Source of the DNA: an uncultured Bacteroidales bacterium
Lineage (GTDB): Bacteria; Bacteroidota; Bacteroidia; Bacteroidales; Paludibacteraceae
Direction: 5' to 3'
Length of the DNA stretch: 64,000 nt
NCBI GenBank assembly: GCA_946535435.1
Contig: CAMNDM010000010.1
Span: forward strand, 23,559 to 87,558
In this document: positions 8,644 through 18,433 of the stretch, piece after piece
Layout of the letters: each line of letters starts with the position of its first letter
Position numbering within the stretch: position 1 is the first letter of the stretch
Translations under genes and position numbers: made by a program
The notes under the pieces: model-generated
Seen by the model: only the letters and a program-made list of their open reading frames with translations
Databases searched by the model: none
What the model was told of the DNA's origin: nothing

Positions 8644-9561
8644 CTATTTGACAATCAGCTTTTTGCCGAGACTTAAAATGGCGTCTCTGTCAATATTGTT
8701 GAGGTGGCAGAGGGTCGCAACCGATGTTTTGTACATTCTGGCAATGCGGCTTAAATTGTCGCCACTTTTTACAACATGTATGCTGTGACCATCGGCTCTA
8801 GTATATGTTGCAACGGCAGCATGGCGTTTGCCGCGTGCACTTCTGTAGAGTCCGTGGAATCGGTTGTATTCGTTGAAAGAATTGACTTTGTCGATGGTGT
8901 AGGTGTCGGCATAAATAACGTTGGCATCGAAGTCAATAATGTTTCTCGGGTTCATCGGAACACCCAGGAAGCGGGTTTCGAAGTGGAGGTGTGGGCCTGT
9001 TGAGCGTCCGGTCGACCCACCAAGGCCGATAACTTCACCCGCCTTCACGTGTTGGTCGTTCTTGACCAGCGGCTTTGAAAGATGGCCGTAAAGCGTCTCA
9101 AGTCCGTTGTCGTGTCTAATAACCACGTACCAGCCGTAGCCTTTCTTGTCGAAATGGTGCGCAATTCGCACTTGTCCGTCGAAAGCGGCGCGGATAGAGT
9201 CTCCTTTGCGTACAGCAATGTCGATACCTGCATGGAAACGGCCCCAACGGGGACCATATTCTGATGTGACTTCAGGGTTGTGGACAGTCTCTATCGGAGA
9301 TTCGAAGCCAGACACAACAATTTTGAATGAGTCGGGTAGCGTTACATTGTATGGATTTACCCGTTCGTTTACCCAGACTGAGGAATAGAGCTCGTTGGCC
9401 GGATACATGTCTTCTTCGTATTCTGAAAATTGGGAGAACTTGGTTTGTTCCTGCTTCACAGCATTCGCATATTGTTTTCCGTCTTTTTTCTGTTTCTGAG
9501 CCTGTCCGCTCACGGCGAACGTTAGTGCTAACGCACCAAGAATGATGCTCTTAAACTTCAT
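8644..9561 (-). CDS. M23-family peptidoglycan metalloendopeptidase with C-terminal LysM domain
   Basis: Signal peptide, the M23 motifs FHAGIDIA and GPHLHFE, and a LysM domain (HVVKSGDNLSRIARMYKTSVATLCHLNNI). Confidence 0.9.
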   Translation of the reverse strand: MKFKSIILGALALTFAVSGQAQKQKKDGKQYANAVKQEQTKFSQFSEYEEDMYPANELYSSVWVNERVNPYNVTLPDSFKIVVSGFESPIETVHNPEVTSEYGPRWGRFHAGIDIAVRKGDSIRAAFDGQVRIAHHFDKKGYGWYVVIRHDNGLETLYGHLSKPLVKNDQHVKAGEVIGLGGSTGRSTGPHLHFETRFLGVPMNPRNIIDFDANVIYADTYTIDKVNSFNEYNRFHGLYRSARGKRHAAVATYTRADGHSIHVVKSGDNLSRIARMYKTSVATLCHLNNIDRDAILSLGKKLIVK

Positions 9562-10232
9562 ATTGTTGTTCCTCCTTCGTTTTTATTTTTTGACAAAAAC
9601 ACGTGTTCTTTAGCCAAGCTTCTCGCCTGGCCAGAACCCTATTATTTGTCATATTTTATAACTTAGCAAGAATTTGGTATCAGATTAAGCAAACGTCGTT
9701 TTTTTGATGCCTCCGTTTGTTTCTTGCACGGCGCAAAGTTAAACTCTCTAAAATAAATATGAAATTATTTATTTATGTTGTACAACATAAAATCGACTTT
9801 TCTGCCATTCGCATCGCCTTTTGCTTATTTAGTTGGTTGAAAATCAATTTGTTGTTTTGCTATTCGCAACTAGTGGACATTCGGAGGAACGTTTTTGAGT
9901 TGTGAATAATTATTGAAAAAGTCTAATGTGTCTTAACATTTATGATGTGCTTTTTAACAAAAAAAAGTTTGCGCGAAAAACTCCTGTAGTGCCGTGGAAA
10001 ACCTGCTGTATGCAATGTCTTCTCCTTTCTGGTTATAATTGTATAAATGCACTTTTTTGTGGGAACGGTAAGCCTGCAACCAACACATATATTATAGTAT
10101 GTGTTTCTCTTTTTAATAATTTTTTTTGGTGTATACACACTCTTTTTTGTTACTTTGCGCAAAATTTAAATTCCATTGTTATGGATATTGGGCGTTTGTC
10201 TATCATTCTGGCCCTTTATAGATGTTAATACT

Positions 10233-12653
10233 ATGCAAAAGAATTTAGTAATTGTCGAGTCTCCAGCCAAGGCTAAAACAATTGGCAACTTTTTGGGTGA
10301 TGGGTATGCTGTTACCTCAAGTATGGGTCACGTGCGTGATTTGAAAAAAAAAGGACTTGGCATTGATGTGAATAATAATTTCCAACCCGATTACGAAATT
10401 TCTTCCGATAAAGTCAAACTGGTCGCCGAATTGCGAAAGGCGGCTAAAGGCGCTGACAAGGTGCTGCTTGCTTCCGATGAAGACCGCGAGGGAGAGAGCA
10501 TTGCATGGCACTTGTACGAGGTGCTCGGACTTAAGCCCGACAACTATGAGCGCATTGTTTTCCACGAAATAACTAAGACGGCGATTACCGAGGCAGTGGC
10601 TAATCCACGCAAAATTGATATGGCGCTGGTTAACGCCCAGCAGGCCCGCCGTGTACTTGACCGTATAGTCGGATTCGAAATATCTCCTATCCTGTGGCGC
10701 AAAGTGAAACCTTCGCTTTCTGCCGGCCGTGTACAAAGTGTGACTGTCCGGCTAATGGTTGACCGTGAACGTGAAATCAAATCTTTTGTTCCTCAGGCTT
10801 ATTATAAGGTGTCGGCTCTGTTTACACTGACCGATGCCGAGGGAAAGTCGCAACACTTGAAAACGGAGTTGAACAGCCAGCTGAAAAGCAAACAAGAGGC
10901 GCTCGACTTCCTCGAAAAATGCAAGTCGGCCTCCTTCTCTATTGAAGATGTGGTGAAAAAGCCTGTTGTGCGTCATCCTGCTCCGCCGTTTACCACTTCT
11001 ACTTTGCAACAGGAGGCTTCCCGTAAATTGGGTTTCTCTGTCTCGAAAACCATGATGGTGGCCCAACACCTCTACGAGAGCGGTAAAATAACCTATATGC
11101 GTACCGATTCGGTCAACCTTTCGGGACTGGCTGTAAATACCTGTAAAGAGCAGATTATTAGTGAATATGGTGACAAATACCACCAGTTCCGCAGCTTCCA
11201 TACTACGGCAAAGGGTGCACAAGAGGCGCACGAAGCCATACGCCCTACTTACGTGAACAAGCCGACTGTTGAAGGCAACAGTGACGAAAAACGGCTTTAT
11301 GAGCTTATCTGGAAACGTACGGTTGCCTCGCAGATGGTAGATGCCCAACTGGAAACTACTACTATAACAATTTCTGTCTCAACCGACAACCGCAAGTTTG
11401 TGGCTTCGGGTGAGGTTGTCGTCTTCGATGGCTTCCTAAAGGTTTATATGGAGGGTGTTGACGATGCAGAAGACAGTAACAATACGTTGCTTCCGCCTGT
11501 AAATGTGGGACAATTGTTGCAAATGCCTGACAGTATTGAGGCTTTGCAGCGCTACACCCGACCTCCTTACCGGTATAACGAGGCTAGTCTGGTAAAACAA
11601 CTTGAAACTTTGGGGATAGGACGACCTTCTACCTATGCCCCGACTATTTCTACCATTGTTGCCCGCGAATATGTGGTGAAGGAAGATGTGCAGGGCGAGG
11701 AAAGGGTCTGCAACCTCCTGGAACTGAAAGGTGGCTCTATTTCTGATGAAGATAAAAAAGAGGTGTTTGGCGCTGAACACGGGAAACTGCGACCTACCGA
11801 CTTAGGTACGGTGGTGAATGATTTCCTGATGGCGAATTTCCCAAATATCATGGACTATAACTTTACCGCTGAGGAAGAGAAGAATTTCGATGAGATTGCA
11901 GCTGGTAACGAGGAGTGGACAAAGACAATAGACAAGTTCTATAAAGATTTTCACCCTACGGTGCTGAACGTTGCCGAACAGGAAGGACCTAAGGTGGGTG
12001 AAAGGCAGGTGGGTGTGGAACCTAGTACGGGGAAGCCTGTCTTTGTGAAGATTGGCCGTTTCGGCCCTGTCGCACAAATCGGTTCTGCCGATGATGAGGA
12101 AAAACCGCGTTTCGCATCGTTGCGTAAAGACCAACACCTCGATACTATTACGTTTGAGGAGGTTATGGACTTGTTCCGTCTCCCTCGCCAAATTGGCGAA
12201 TATGAGGGAAAAGTGCTGACTGTGGCTGAGGGCAGATTTGGACCTTATGTCAAACACGATGGCAGTTTCTTCTCGTTGAAAAAGACCGACGACCCGATGA
12301 CGATTACGGCTGAACGCGCTATTGAACTCATTGAAGAAAAACGTTTGGCTGAAAAGAACAAGATTATATCCGACTTTGTGGCTGAGGGCATACAGGTCTG
12401 CAACGGACGTTATGGGGCTTACATTGCCTACAACGGCGCAAACTATAAGATTCCTAAAGACAAAGATGCCAAGGAACTGACTGCTGCCGAGTGCCAGGAA
12501 ATAATAAAGGAACAGGGCGAGAAAAAACCGGTAAAACGTTTCGGCGCCAAAAAAACATCGGCTGCTACAGGCAAGGCTGCTACAACGAAAGCTTCCGCCA
12601 AAAAAACAGTTGCAAAGAAAACAACGGCTAAGACGGGTGCCAAAAAAGAATAA
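10233..12653 (+). CDS. topA: DNA topoisomerase I (type IA)
   Basis: Toprim start MQKNLVIVESPAKAKTI and the active-site segment ITYMRTDS. I trimmed the start from the ORF-track TTG at 10176 to the ATG at 10233. Confidence 0.95.
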   Translation: MQKNLVIVESPAKAKTIGNFLGDGYAVTSSMGHVRDLKKKGLGIDVNNNFQPDYEISSDKVKLVAELRKAAKGADKVLLASDEDREGESIAWHLYEVLGLKPDNYERIVFHEITKTAITEAVANPRKIDMALVNAQQARRVLDRIVGFEISPILWRKVKPSLSAGRVQSVTVRLMVDREREIKSFVPQAYYKVSALFTLTDAEGKSQHLKTELNSQLKSKQEALDFLEKCKSASFSIEDVVKKPVVRHPAPPFTTSTLQQEASRKLGFSVSKTMMVAQHLYESGKITYMRTDSVNLSGLAVNTCKEQIISEYGDKYHQFRSFHTTAKGAQEAHEAIRPTYVNKPTVEGNSDEKRLYELIWKRTVASQMVDAQLETTTITISVSTDNRKFVASGEVVVFDGFLKVYMEGVDDAEDSNNTLLPPVNVGQLLQMPDSIEALQRYTRPPYRYNEASLVKQLETLGIGRPSTYAPTISTIVAREYVVKEDVQGEERVCNLLELKGGSISDEDKKEVFGAEHGKLRPTDLGTVVNDFLMANFPNIMDYNFTAEEEKNFDEIAAGNEEWTKTIDKFYKDFHPTVLNVAEQEGPKVGERQVGVEPSTGKPVFVKIGRFGPVAQIGSADDEEKPRFASLRKDQHLDTITFEEVMDLFRLPRQIGEYEGKVLTVAEGRFGPYVKHDGSFFSLKKTDDPMTITAERAIELIEEKRLAEKNKIISDFVAEGIQVCNGRYGAYIAYNGANYKIPKDKDAKELTAAECQEIIKEQGEKKPVKRFGAKKTSAATGKAATTKASAKKTVAKKTTAKTGAKKE

Positions 12654-12680
12654 GGCTTTCCTAATATAAATGAACAAGAG

Positions 12681-14147
12681 ATGATGATGAAGTGTTTCTG
12701 CTCTTTGGCGTTGGCGCTGCTCTCTTTCCCGATTTGGGCTGCAGAGGAACCGTTCGATAGAGATAACGAGCTGTTTTGCTCTTCTATCAATACTTATGGT
12801 GTAGAAAAAGGGCTTTCGCTATACAAACGTAAACAGGTCATCTTTTTCCGTAACGATACGGCTTATGTCGTGGCTGTCTCTAAATCGTCGGAGCTCGATC
12901 CTTTCTGGGTGGCGGGTGAGTTGGAACATCTACCTGTCGATGACCAATTCGCATACGACGACCATGCCGACAAACTTATTTTCTCGTCGGTTGGGAAACT
13001 CTATTACAGTTATTGGAAAGATAATGGTTGGACTAACCACAAACGCTTGAAAATGGAGGGCGTAAACCTGAAAGTGACCCATCCTTTCAACGATGCCTTG
13101 TCGCAACCGGAAAAAATTCAACGCATCTATCACCCTACATTTGCTAAAGGCGGTGACCGGCTTTATTTTGCCGCCGTTTCGAAAGGACGGACCGATTTAG
13201 ACCTTTGGTATGCCGACCGTGGTCCCGAAGATACGTGGCTGGCGCCCCATCTACTTCCGGTCAATACCGATGCGAACGAGGAACACCCTTTTGTGGTGGG
13301 CGATTCGTTGCTCTATTTCTCGTCGAACCGTGCCGAAAACCAGCGGGCCAACCTTTATTATGTCGATTTGACGGAAGAACAGCCTGTGGCGCGGATTTCC
13401 GTTTTGAGTAGTCCTTCCAGCGACGAGATTGGAATTGTTGTGGTGGGCGATAGGGCACACCTTATTTCTGACCGCTGCCCAACACGTCCCGGACAGGTTT
13501 GTGACGATAATATATTTAAAGCCCAGGTTGTCAGACGTGAGAAGAAAGAGGCGGGGATTTCGTTCAAAGATATCCCTGAAACTTTCCCGAAAGATGTGGC
13601 CAGCCCTTATGATGTCCTCCCTTATGTGTTCCGTACAATGACTGAAGCGGAGGCTGATTCGGCTCTTGCTCGGGGTGAAAAACTGGAACACGACCGCCTG
13701 ATGAGGCTGGACTCTGTTGCCAAGGCCAAGGCCGACAGTGTTTTGTGGGTTGCGCTCAATTCGGTCGATGAGAATAAAAGGGCGCAGATGCTGACCAGCA
13801 ATGTTGCGAAGACCGAGAGTAAGGTCATCTTCTATTTCGATTCAGATGACGACCATCTGAACGACAAATATGCGACCGATCTGGATGCAATTGTACAATA
13901 TATTAAATCGGAACCCCAGACTAAATTCCTGATATACGGGTTTACCGATGAAAGGGGAACCGACAAATACAACCAAAATCTTTCGGTGCGCCGTGCGCAG
14001 AGTGTCTTTAGGGCACTCCGCGACAAAGGGGTCCCTACGTCGAACCTGTTGTTTACCGGATTCGGTGAGCGTGGGCTAGTTGTAAAGAACGCAAAGACGG
14101 AAGATGAACATCAAAAGAACAGAAGGGTGGAAATCCGTAAAATGTAG
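12681..14147 (+). CDS. OmpA-family protein with TolB/PD40-like repeats
   Basis: Signal peptide, LYFSSNR / LYFAAVSKG PD40-like repeats, and a C-terminal OmpA domain (GFTDERGTDKYNQNLSVRRAQSV...NRRVEI). Confidence 0.85.
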   Translation: MMMKCFCSLALALLSFPIWAAEEPFDRDNELFCSSINTYGVEKGLSLYKRKQVIFFRNDTAYVVAVSKSSELDPFWVAGELEHLPVDDQFAYDDHADKLIFSSVGKLYYSYWKDNGWTNHKRLKMEGVNLKVTHPFNDALSQPEKIQRIYHPTFAKGGDRLYFAAVSKGRTDLDLWYADRGPEDTWLAPHLLPVNTDANEEHPFVVGDSLLYFSSNRAENQRANLYYVDLTEEQPVARISVLSSPSSDEIGIVVVGDRAHLISDRCPTRPGQVCDDNIFKAQVVRREKKEAGISFKDIPETFPKDVASPYDVLPYVFRTMTEAEADSALARGEKLEHDRLMRLDSVAKAKADSVLWVALNSVDENKRAQMLTSNVAKTESKVIFYFDSDDDHLNDKYATDLDAIVQYIKSEPQTKFLIYGFTDERGTDKYNQNLSVRRAQSVFRALRDKGVPTSNLLFTGFGERGLVVKNAKTEDEHQKNRRVEIRKM

Positions 14148-14237
14148 CGTGAAACGCTGCATTCGGATTCCCACCCTTTTTCTCTTGCAATGTTGTTCCT
14201 AGAAAATGATAGTAGAATATAAAAGCTTTATTTTGTT

Positions 14238-15905
14238 ATGATCGACACAATCGTCAACATCTTGAGCCTTGTCGGCTCGTTAGGCCTGTTTCTTTACGGT
14301 ATGAAGATTATGAGTGAGGGCCTTGAAAAATTCGCTGGTGACAGCTTGCGTAACATCTTGGCGGCTATGACGAAAAACCGTGTTATGGGCGTACTGACGG
14401 GTTTGTTGGTTACGGCTCTCATACAGTCGTCTTCTGCCACTACCGTTATGGTGGTCAGCTTTGTCAATGCAGGACTCATGACGTTGAAACAGTCTATTGG
14501 CGTGATTATGGGTGCCAACATCGGAACCACGGTCACCGCATGGCTTATCTCGGCTGTCGGTTTCAAGGTGAATATATCGGCTTTCGCTATTCCGTTGCTG
14601 GCGCTTGCTTTGCCCCTCATTTTCTCCAGTCAGTCGAAACGTAAGAATATCGGTGAGTTCGTCTTCGGTTTCTCTTTCCTCTTTATGGGGTTGAGTTACT
14701 TGCAGACCGCCGCTTCGAATATGGGAATTGGTGAAATTGTCGCCAACATGTTGTCGCATGTCCCTTGCGACAGTTTCCTGACTATTATTCTTTTTGTGAT
14801 AGTGGGTGCGTTGGTAACAATGCTGGTGCAGGCGTCGGCGGCCACTATGGCCATCACCCTCATGTTGTTCGATATGCACATTCCGGGCTTCGGCTTCGAA
14901 CAGGCTGCGGCTTTGGCTATGGGACAGAATATCGGTACAACTATAACGGCCTTTATGGCTTCGCTCACCGCTAATACCCAAGCGCGCAGGGCTGCTCTGG
15001 CCCATATGTTCTTCAACGTTTTCGGTGTGGTGGTAGTGCTTATTGTTTTCTATCCGGCCTGCAACGCTATCAGCTGGTTCGTGACCGACTTTATGGGTGT
15101 GGAAAGCAACGATTTGTATAAACTTTCGGCATTCCATACGGCATTCAACATTATGAACACCTTGTTGCTGATTTGGTTCGTCAACCAGATTGAAGCCTTT
15201 GTGTGCAAAGTATTGCCACAGAAGGAGCAAGACGAAGAGTACCGCTTGCGCTATATTTCTGCTGGTTATCCTTCTACGGCCGAACTCTCAATTCTGGAAG
15301 CCCAGAAGGAAATCAACAACTTTGCCGAACGTTGCCACCGTATGTTCAATTTGGTGAAAGACTTGCTGAAAATTGAAAAGGACGAGGATTTTAACAAATT
15401 GTTCTCACGTATAGAGAAATATGAGAGTATTGCCGACAATATGGAGGTGGAAATCGCCAAGTATTTGAAAAAGGTGAGCGAGGGACGCTTGTCGAACGAG
15501 TCAAAATCGAATATGCAGCAGATGCTCCGCCAAATTTCCGAATTGGAAAGTATTGGCGATTCGTGCTACAACTTGGCCCGAACCGTAAACCGTTGCCGGC
15601 AGAACAATGCCAAATTTACTGACGGACAGTTGGCTCATATTGGTGAGATGATGAGGTTGGTCGACGACTCGCTGGTGGAGATGACCCGTTGTGTGGAAAA
15701 ATTCCCGGAAAAGCACGATATCAACGCGTCGAACAATATCGAAAATGAAATCAACAACTACCGCAACCAGTTGAAGAACCAGAACCTTACCGATATCAAC
15801 AATGGCCTCTACAACTACCAGCTTGGGGTTTATTATGTTGACTTCATTTCAGAGTGCGAGAAGTTGGGCGACTATGTGGTGAATGTGGTGGAAGCTACCA
15901 TCTGA
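14238..15905 (+). CDS. Na/Pi cotransporter family protein with PhoU-like C-terminal domain
   Basis: 555-aa ORF. GLFLYGMKIMSEGLE and QSSSATTVMVVSFV match type II Na/Pi cotransporter repeats, and the C-terminal half is a helical PhoU-like region. Confidence 0.9.
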   Translation: MIDTIVNILSLVGSLGLFLYGMKIMSEGLEKFAGDSLRNILAAMTKNRVMGVLTGLLVTALIQSSSATTVMVVSFVNAGLMTLKQSIGVIMGANIGTTVTAWLISAVGFKVNISAFAIPLLALALPLIFSSQSKRKNIGEFVFGFSFLFMGLSYLQTAASNMGIGEIVANMLSHVPCDSFLTIILFVIVGALVTMLVQASAATMAITLMLFDMHIPGFGFEQAAALAMGQNIGTTITAFMASLTANTQARRAALAHMFFNVFGVVVVLIVFYPACNAISWFVTDFMGVESNDLYKLSAFHTAFNIMNTLLLIWFVNQIEAFVCKVLPQKEQDEEYRLRYISAGYPSTAELSILEAQKEINNFAERCHRMFNLVKDLLKIEKDEDFNKLFSRIEKYESIADNMEVEIAKYLKKVSEGRLSNESKSNMQQMLRQISELESIGDSCYNLARTVNRCRQNNAKFTDGQLAHIGEMMRLVDDSLVEMTRCVEKFPEKHDINASNNIENEINNYRNQLKNQNLTDINNGLYNYQLGVYYVDFISECEKLGDYVVNVVEATI

Positions 15906-15925
15906 TGCGACACCCCCCTGGAAAC

Positions 15926-15966
15926 AACGCCTTGCCGCCTTTCGGGTGGCAAGGCGTTCCTTTTTT
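15926..15966 (+). terminator. rho-independent terminator after the Na/Pi cotransporter gene
   Basis: 11-bp stem aacgccttgcc/ggcaaggcgtt followed by TTTTTT. Confidence 0.8.
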
Positions 15967-15999
15967 GCAGTAAATGGCCGTTCTCACCGAAAAAAATGC

Positions 16000-16007
16000 T
16001 AACTTTG
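16000..16007 (+). promoter_or_regulatory. putative -7 box (TAnnTTTG) for the DUF4254-GT9 pair
   Basis: TAACTTTG lies 41 nt upstream of the ATG at 16048. Confidence 0.55.
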
Positions 16008-16047
16008 TTGGCTGTAAGAAAATTAAAAATAGTAATTAAGATTTAAT

Positions 16048-16653
16048 ATGAGCTTCACATCCGATGCCAACAAATTGTTCGATCAGGTTATAGTTGACTA
16101 TCACAAGACCGACAATGTTGACGCTCCTATCAACAACCCTTATCCTGCGCAAACCATCGATAACATTCTATATTTAAAAAACTGGATTGATACGGTTCAG
16201 TGGCACTTGGAAGATATTATCCGCAACCCTGAAATCGATCCTGTTGAGGCGTTGGCTTTGAAGCGCCGCATCGATAAGAGCAACCAGGACCGTACCGATT
16301 TGGTTGAGCGTATCGACAGCTACTTCTGGGAAAAATACCAGGGTGTGAAGGTGAAGCCTACCGCTGTCATCAATACCGAAAGCCCAGCCTGGGCGATTGA
16401 CCGCCTCTCTATTCTGGCGCTTAAAATCTACCACATGCGTGTCGAGGCCGAACGTACCGATGTCTCTGCCGAACAGCATGCCGCTTGCCAGAAGAAGCTG
16501 GACGTGCTTTTGGAACAGCGCGTTGACCTTTCAACCGCCATCGACCAGCTTTTGACCGATATTGAGAATGGTGACCGTTATATGAAGGTCTACAAGCAGA
16601 TGAAGATGTACAATGACCCTAATTTGAACCCTGTCCTTTACGGCAAGAAGTAA
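16048..16653 (+). CDS. DUF4254-like protein
   Basis: 201-aa ORF. The family call rests on remembered sequence style and its usual position directly upstream of a GT9 heptosyltransferase-like gene in Bacteroidota. Confidence 0.6.
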   Translation: MSFTSDANKLFDQVIVDYHKTDNVDAPINNPYPAQTIDNILYLKNWIDTVQWHLEDIIRNPEIDPVEALALKRRIDKSNQDRTDLVERIDSYFWEKYQGVKVKPTAVINTESPAWAIDRLSILALKIYHMRVEAERTDVSAEQHAACQKKLDVLLEQRVDLSTAIDQLLTDIENGDRYMKVYKQMKMYNDPNLNPVLYGKK

Positions 16654-16673
16654 TAACAACTGAATGTAGGCAG

Positions 16674-17684
16674 ATGAAACGGATTCTAGTAATGCGGCTT
16701 TCGGCTATGGGCGATGTGGCGATGACGGTTCCCGTCTTGGCCAGTCTGCTACAGCAACATCCCGATGTGGAAGTGACGCTGTTGAGCACACCCCGCTTCG
16801 AACCGATGTTTGCCGGCATCGACCGTCTCCGTTTTGTGGGTGTTGACACGAAAAAGACCTATAAGGGCTTTGGTGGCATCTTCAAACTGTTCCGTTTCCT
16901 GCGTAAAAACTATACGTTCGACCAGATGGTCGACTTGCACGATGTGCTCCGTAGCAAGGTGCTCCGCAAACTATACCGGCTGACGGGCGTCCCTGTTTCG
17001 GTTATCGATAAGGGGCGTGCCGAGAAAAAGGCCTTGGTAAAGGAAGGCGGTGACGGGAAAAGACAACTGAAGTCGTCGGTCGACCGTTATTGCGAGGCTT
17101 TCGCCGCGGCTGGCTATCGTGTGGAGGTCAATTTTCAGGGCCTCTTCCCTAAAAATGAGGTTTTCGAACTTCCTTTCGAGAAAAAAGGTACTTGGGTTGG
17201 TGTGGCTCCATTCGCACAACACCAGGGTAAGATTTATCCGGTTGAGAAGATGGAGCAGGTCGTCCGCCAGTTGGCTGCTCTGCCCGGTGTGGAGGTACTG
17301 CTGTTTGGCGGTGGACCGAAGGAAAAAGCCGTTCTCGAAGGTTGGGAGAAAGCTATCCCATCTACCATTTCATTGGCTGGAAAGTTTCCGCTAAGTACCG
17401 AACTGCATTTGTTGAATGCTTGCAAGGTGGTGGTGAGTATGGATTCTGCCAATATGCATTTGGCATCGCTGGTAAACACACCGGTGGTGTGCGTATGGGG
17501 CGCTACTCATCCGTATGCGGGTTTTAATGGTTTCGGACAGAACTTGGCGAACGCTGTGCAGATTGATATGGATTGCCGTCCTTGCTCTATTTATGGTAAC
17601 AAACCGTGTAAAAAGGGCGACTATCCCTGTATGAATAGTATTCCTCCTGAGGTGGTGGTCGAAAAAGTGAGAAATCTGCTTTAA
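16674..17684 (+). CDS. glycosyltransferase family 9 (heptosyltransferase-like)
   Basis: 336-aa ORF with the N-terminal GT9 signature ILVMRLSAMGDVAMTVP and SMDSANMHLAS. Confidence 0.85.
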   Translation: MKRILVMRLSAMGDVAMTVPVLASLLQQHPDVEVTLLSTPRFEPMFAGIDRLRFVGVDTKKTYKGFGGIFKLFRFLRKNYTFDQMVDLHDVLRSKVLRKLYRLTGVPVSVIDKGRAEKKALVKEGGDGKRQLKSSVDRYCEAFAAAGYRVEVNFQGLFPKNEVFELPFEKKGTWVGVAPFAQHQGKIYPVEKMEQVVRQLAALPGVEVLLFGGGPKEKAVLEGWEKAIPSTISLAGKFPLSTELHLLNACKVVVSMDSANMHLASLVNTPVVCVWGATHPYAGFNGFGQNLANAVQIDMDCRPCSIYGNKPCKKGDYPCMNSIPPEVVVEKVRNLL

Positions 17685-17712
17685 GTAAAATACACAAAAT
17701 GTAAAATAAAGC

Positions 17713-17758
17713 AACAGCGGTAAGTGGTGTTTCGCTTACTGCTGTTGTTGTTTTGTTT
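17713..17758 (+). terminator. rho-independent terminator after the GT9 gene
   Basis: 14-bp stem aacagcggtaagtg/cgcttactgctgtt (two G-T pairs) followed by a T-rich tract. Confidence 0.7.
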
Positions 17759-17872
17759 GCGGACCTATCTTTGCGTAATGGAAATCTCGTCGGTTAGTTT
17801 TGTTGCCCGAGAAAATTTGTTGATGTGTAATTTTTCTGCCTTTTTTCTGTTTTTTTGTTCTCCTATTTTTTT

Positions 17873-17880
17873 TATATTTG
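17873..17880 (+). promoter_or_regulatory. putative -7 box (TAnnTTTG) for duplicated module copy 1
   Basis: TATATTTG is preceded by long T-tracts and lies 76 nt upstream of the ATG at 17956. The same octamer precedes copy 2. Confidence 0.55.
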
Positions 17881-17955
17881 CGAATGTAATAGGGTTATAG
17901 CTTTGTTTTGGCTTTGCTTATTATGAAGAAAAATATTAATGTAATCTAACTGGTT

Positions 17956-18429
17956 ATGAAGTTAAAAAAATGTTTGGCGGGCATATCCCTGGCGATAGCG
18001 GGGAGTGTTCCTGTAGTGGCGGGTAATACTTACGTCACTATTCAAAAGAACGATGGAACAAAGAGTTCGTTTCTGTTGTCTGCTGTTCCGAAAATCACAC
18101 ACACTGCCGATAGCTTGAAGGTAGAGGGAGATGCAAGTGCCTCTTTCCTTTTGTCGGATGTCGACTTTTTCAAATTTACAGAGTCTGACCTCACATCTGT
18201 TCCTACACTTAAAGGCGATGAGCTTCGCGTTGTCTATCTCGACAACCAGCATGTGAGGGTCGAGGGACTGGCTGCAGGCTCACAACTGTCGCTTTGTTCG
18301 GTGTCGGGTGCGGTGTTGAGCCAGAAGCAGGCTTCTGCCGATGGCTTTGCCGAGTTCTCGCTGCCACAGGCAAAGGGCGTGTACATCTTGAAGACAGACA
18401 AACAGATTGTTAAACTAGTGAAGAAGTAA
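17956..18429 (+). CDS. small secreted protein with T9SS-type C-terminal sorting domain (paralog A1)
   Basis: 157 aa with signal peptide MKLKKCLAGISLAIAGSVPVVAG. The C-terminal ~65 aa (VRVEGLAAGSQLSLCSVSGAVL...AKGVYILKTDKQIVKLVKK) resemble a type-A Por/T9SS CTD. It differs from A2 by 10 of 157 residues (counted by eye). Confidence 0.75.
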   Translation: MKLKKCLAGISLAIAGSVPVVAGNTYVTIQKNDGTKSSFLLSAVPKITHTADSLKVEGDASASFLLSDVDFFKFTESDLTSVPTLKGDELRVVYLDNQHVRVEGLAAGSQLSLCSVSGAVLSQKQASADGFAEFSLPQAKGVYILKTDKQIVKLVKK

Positions 18430-18433
18430 GCTT

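Noticed and set aside
9717-10228. ORFs 9717-9905 (+), 9923-10162 (-) and 9926-10228 (+) lie in the 670-bp AT-rich gap between the M23 peptidase gene and topA. ORF 58646-58909 lies upstream of nuoA.
   Set aside because: Their translations are low-complexity, Phe/Leu/Lys/Cys-rich products of AT-rich spacer DNA with homopolymer runs. They overlap one another and have no motifs, so I treat them as non-coding promoter regions.
17923-17949. An 8-codon upstream ORF (MKKNINVI*) lies 6 nt before A1, with a counterpart (MKKSINVI*) at 22664-22690 before A2.
   Set aside because: It is too short to evaluate. Its conservation is explained by the segmental duplication itself, and it may be the relic of an older signal-peptide start. 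I note it only as a possible leader peptide.
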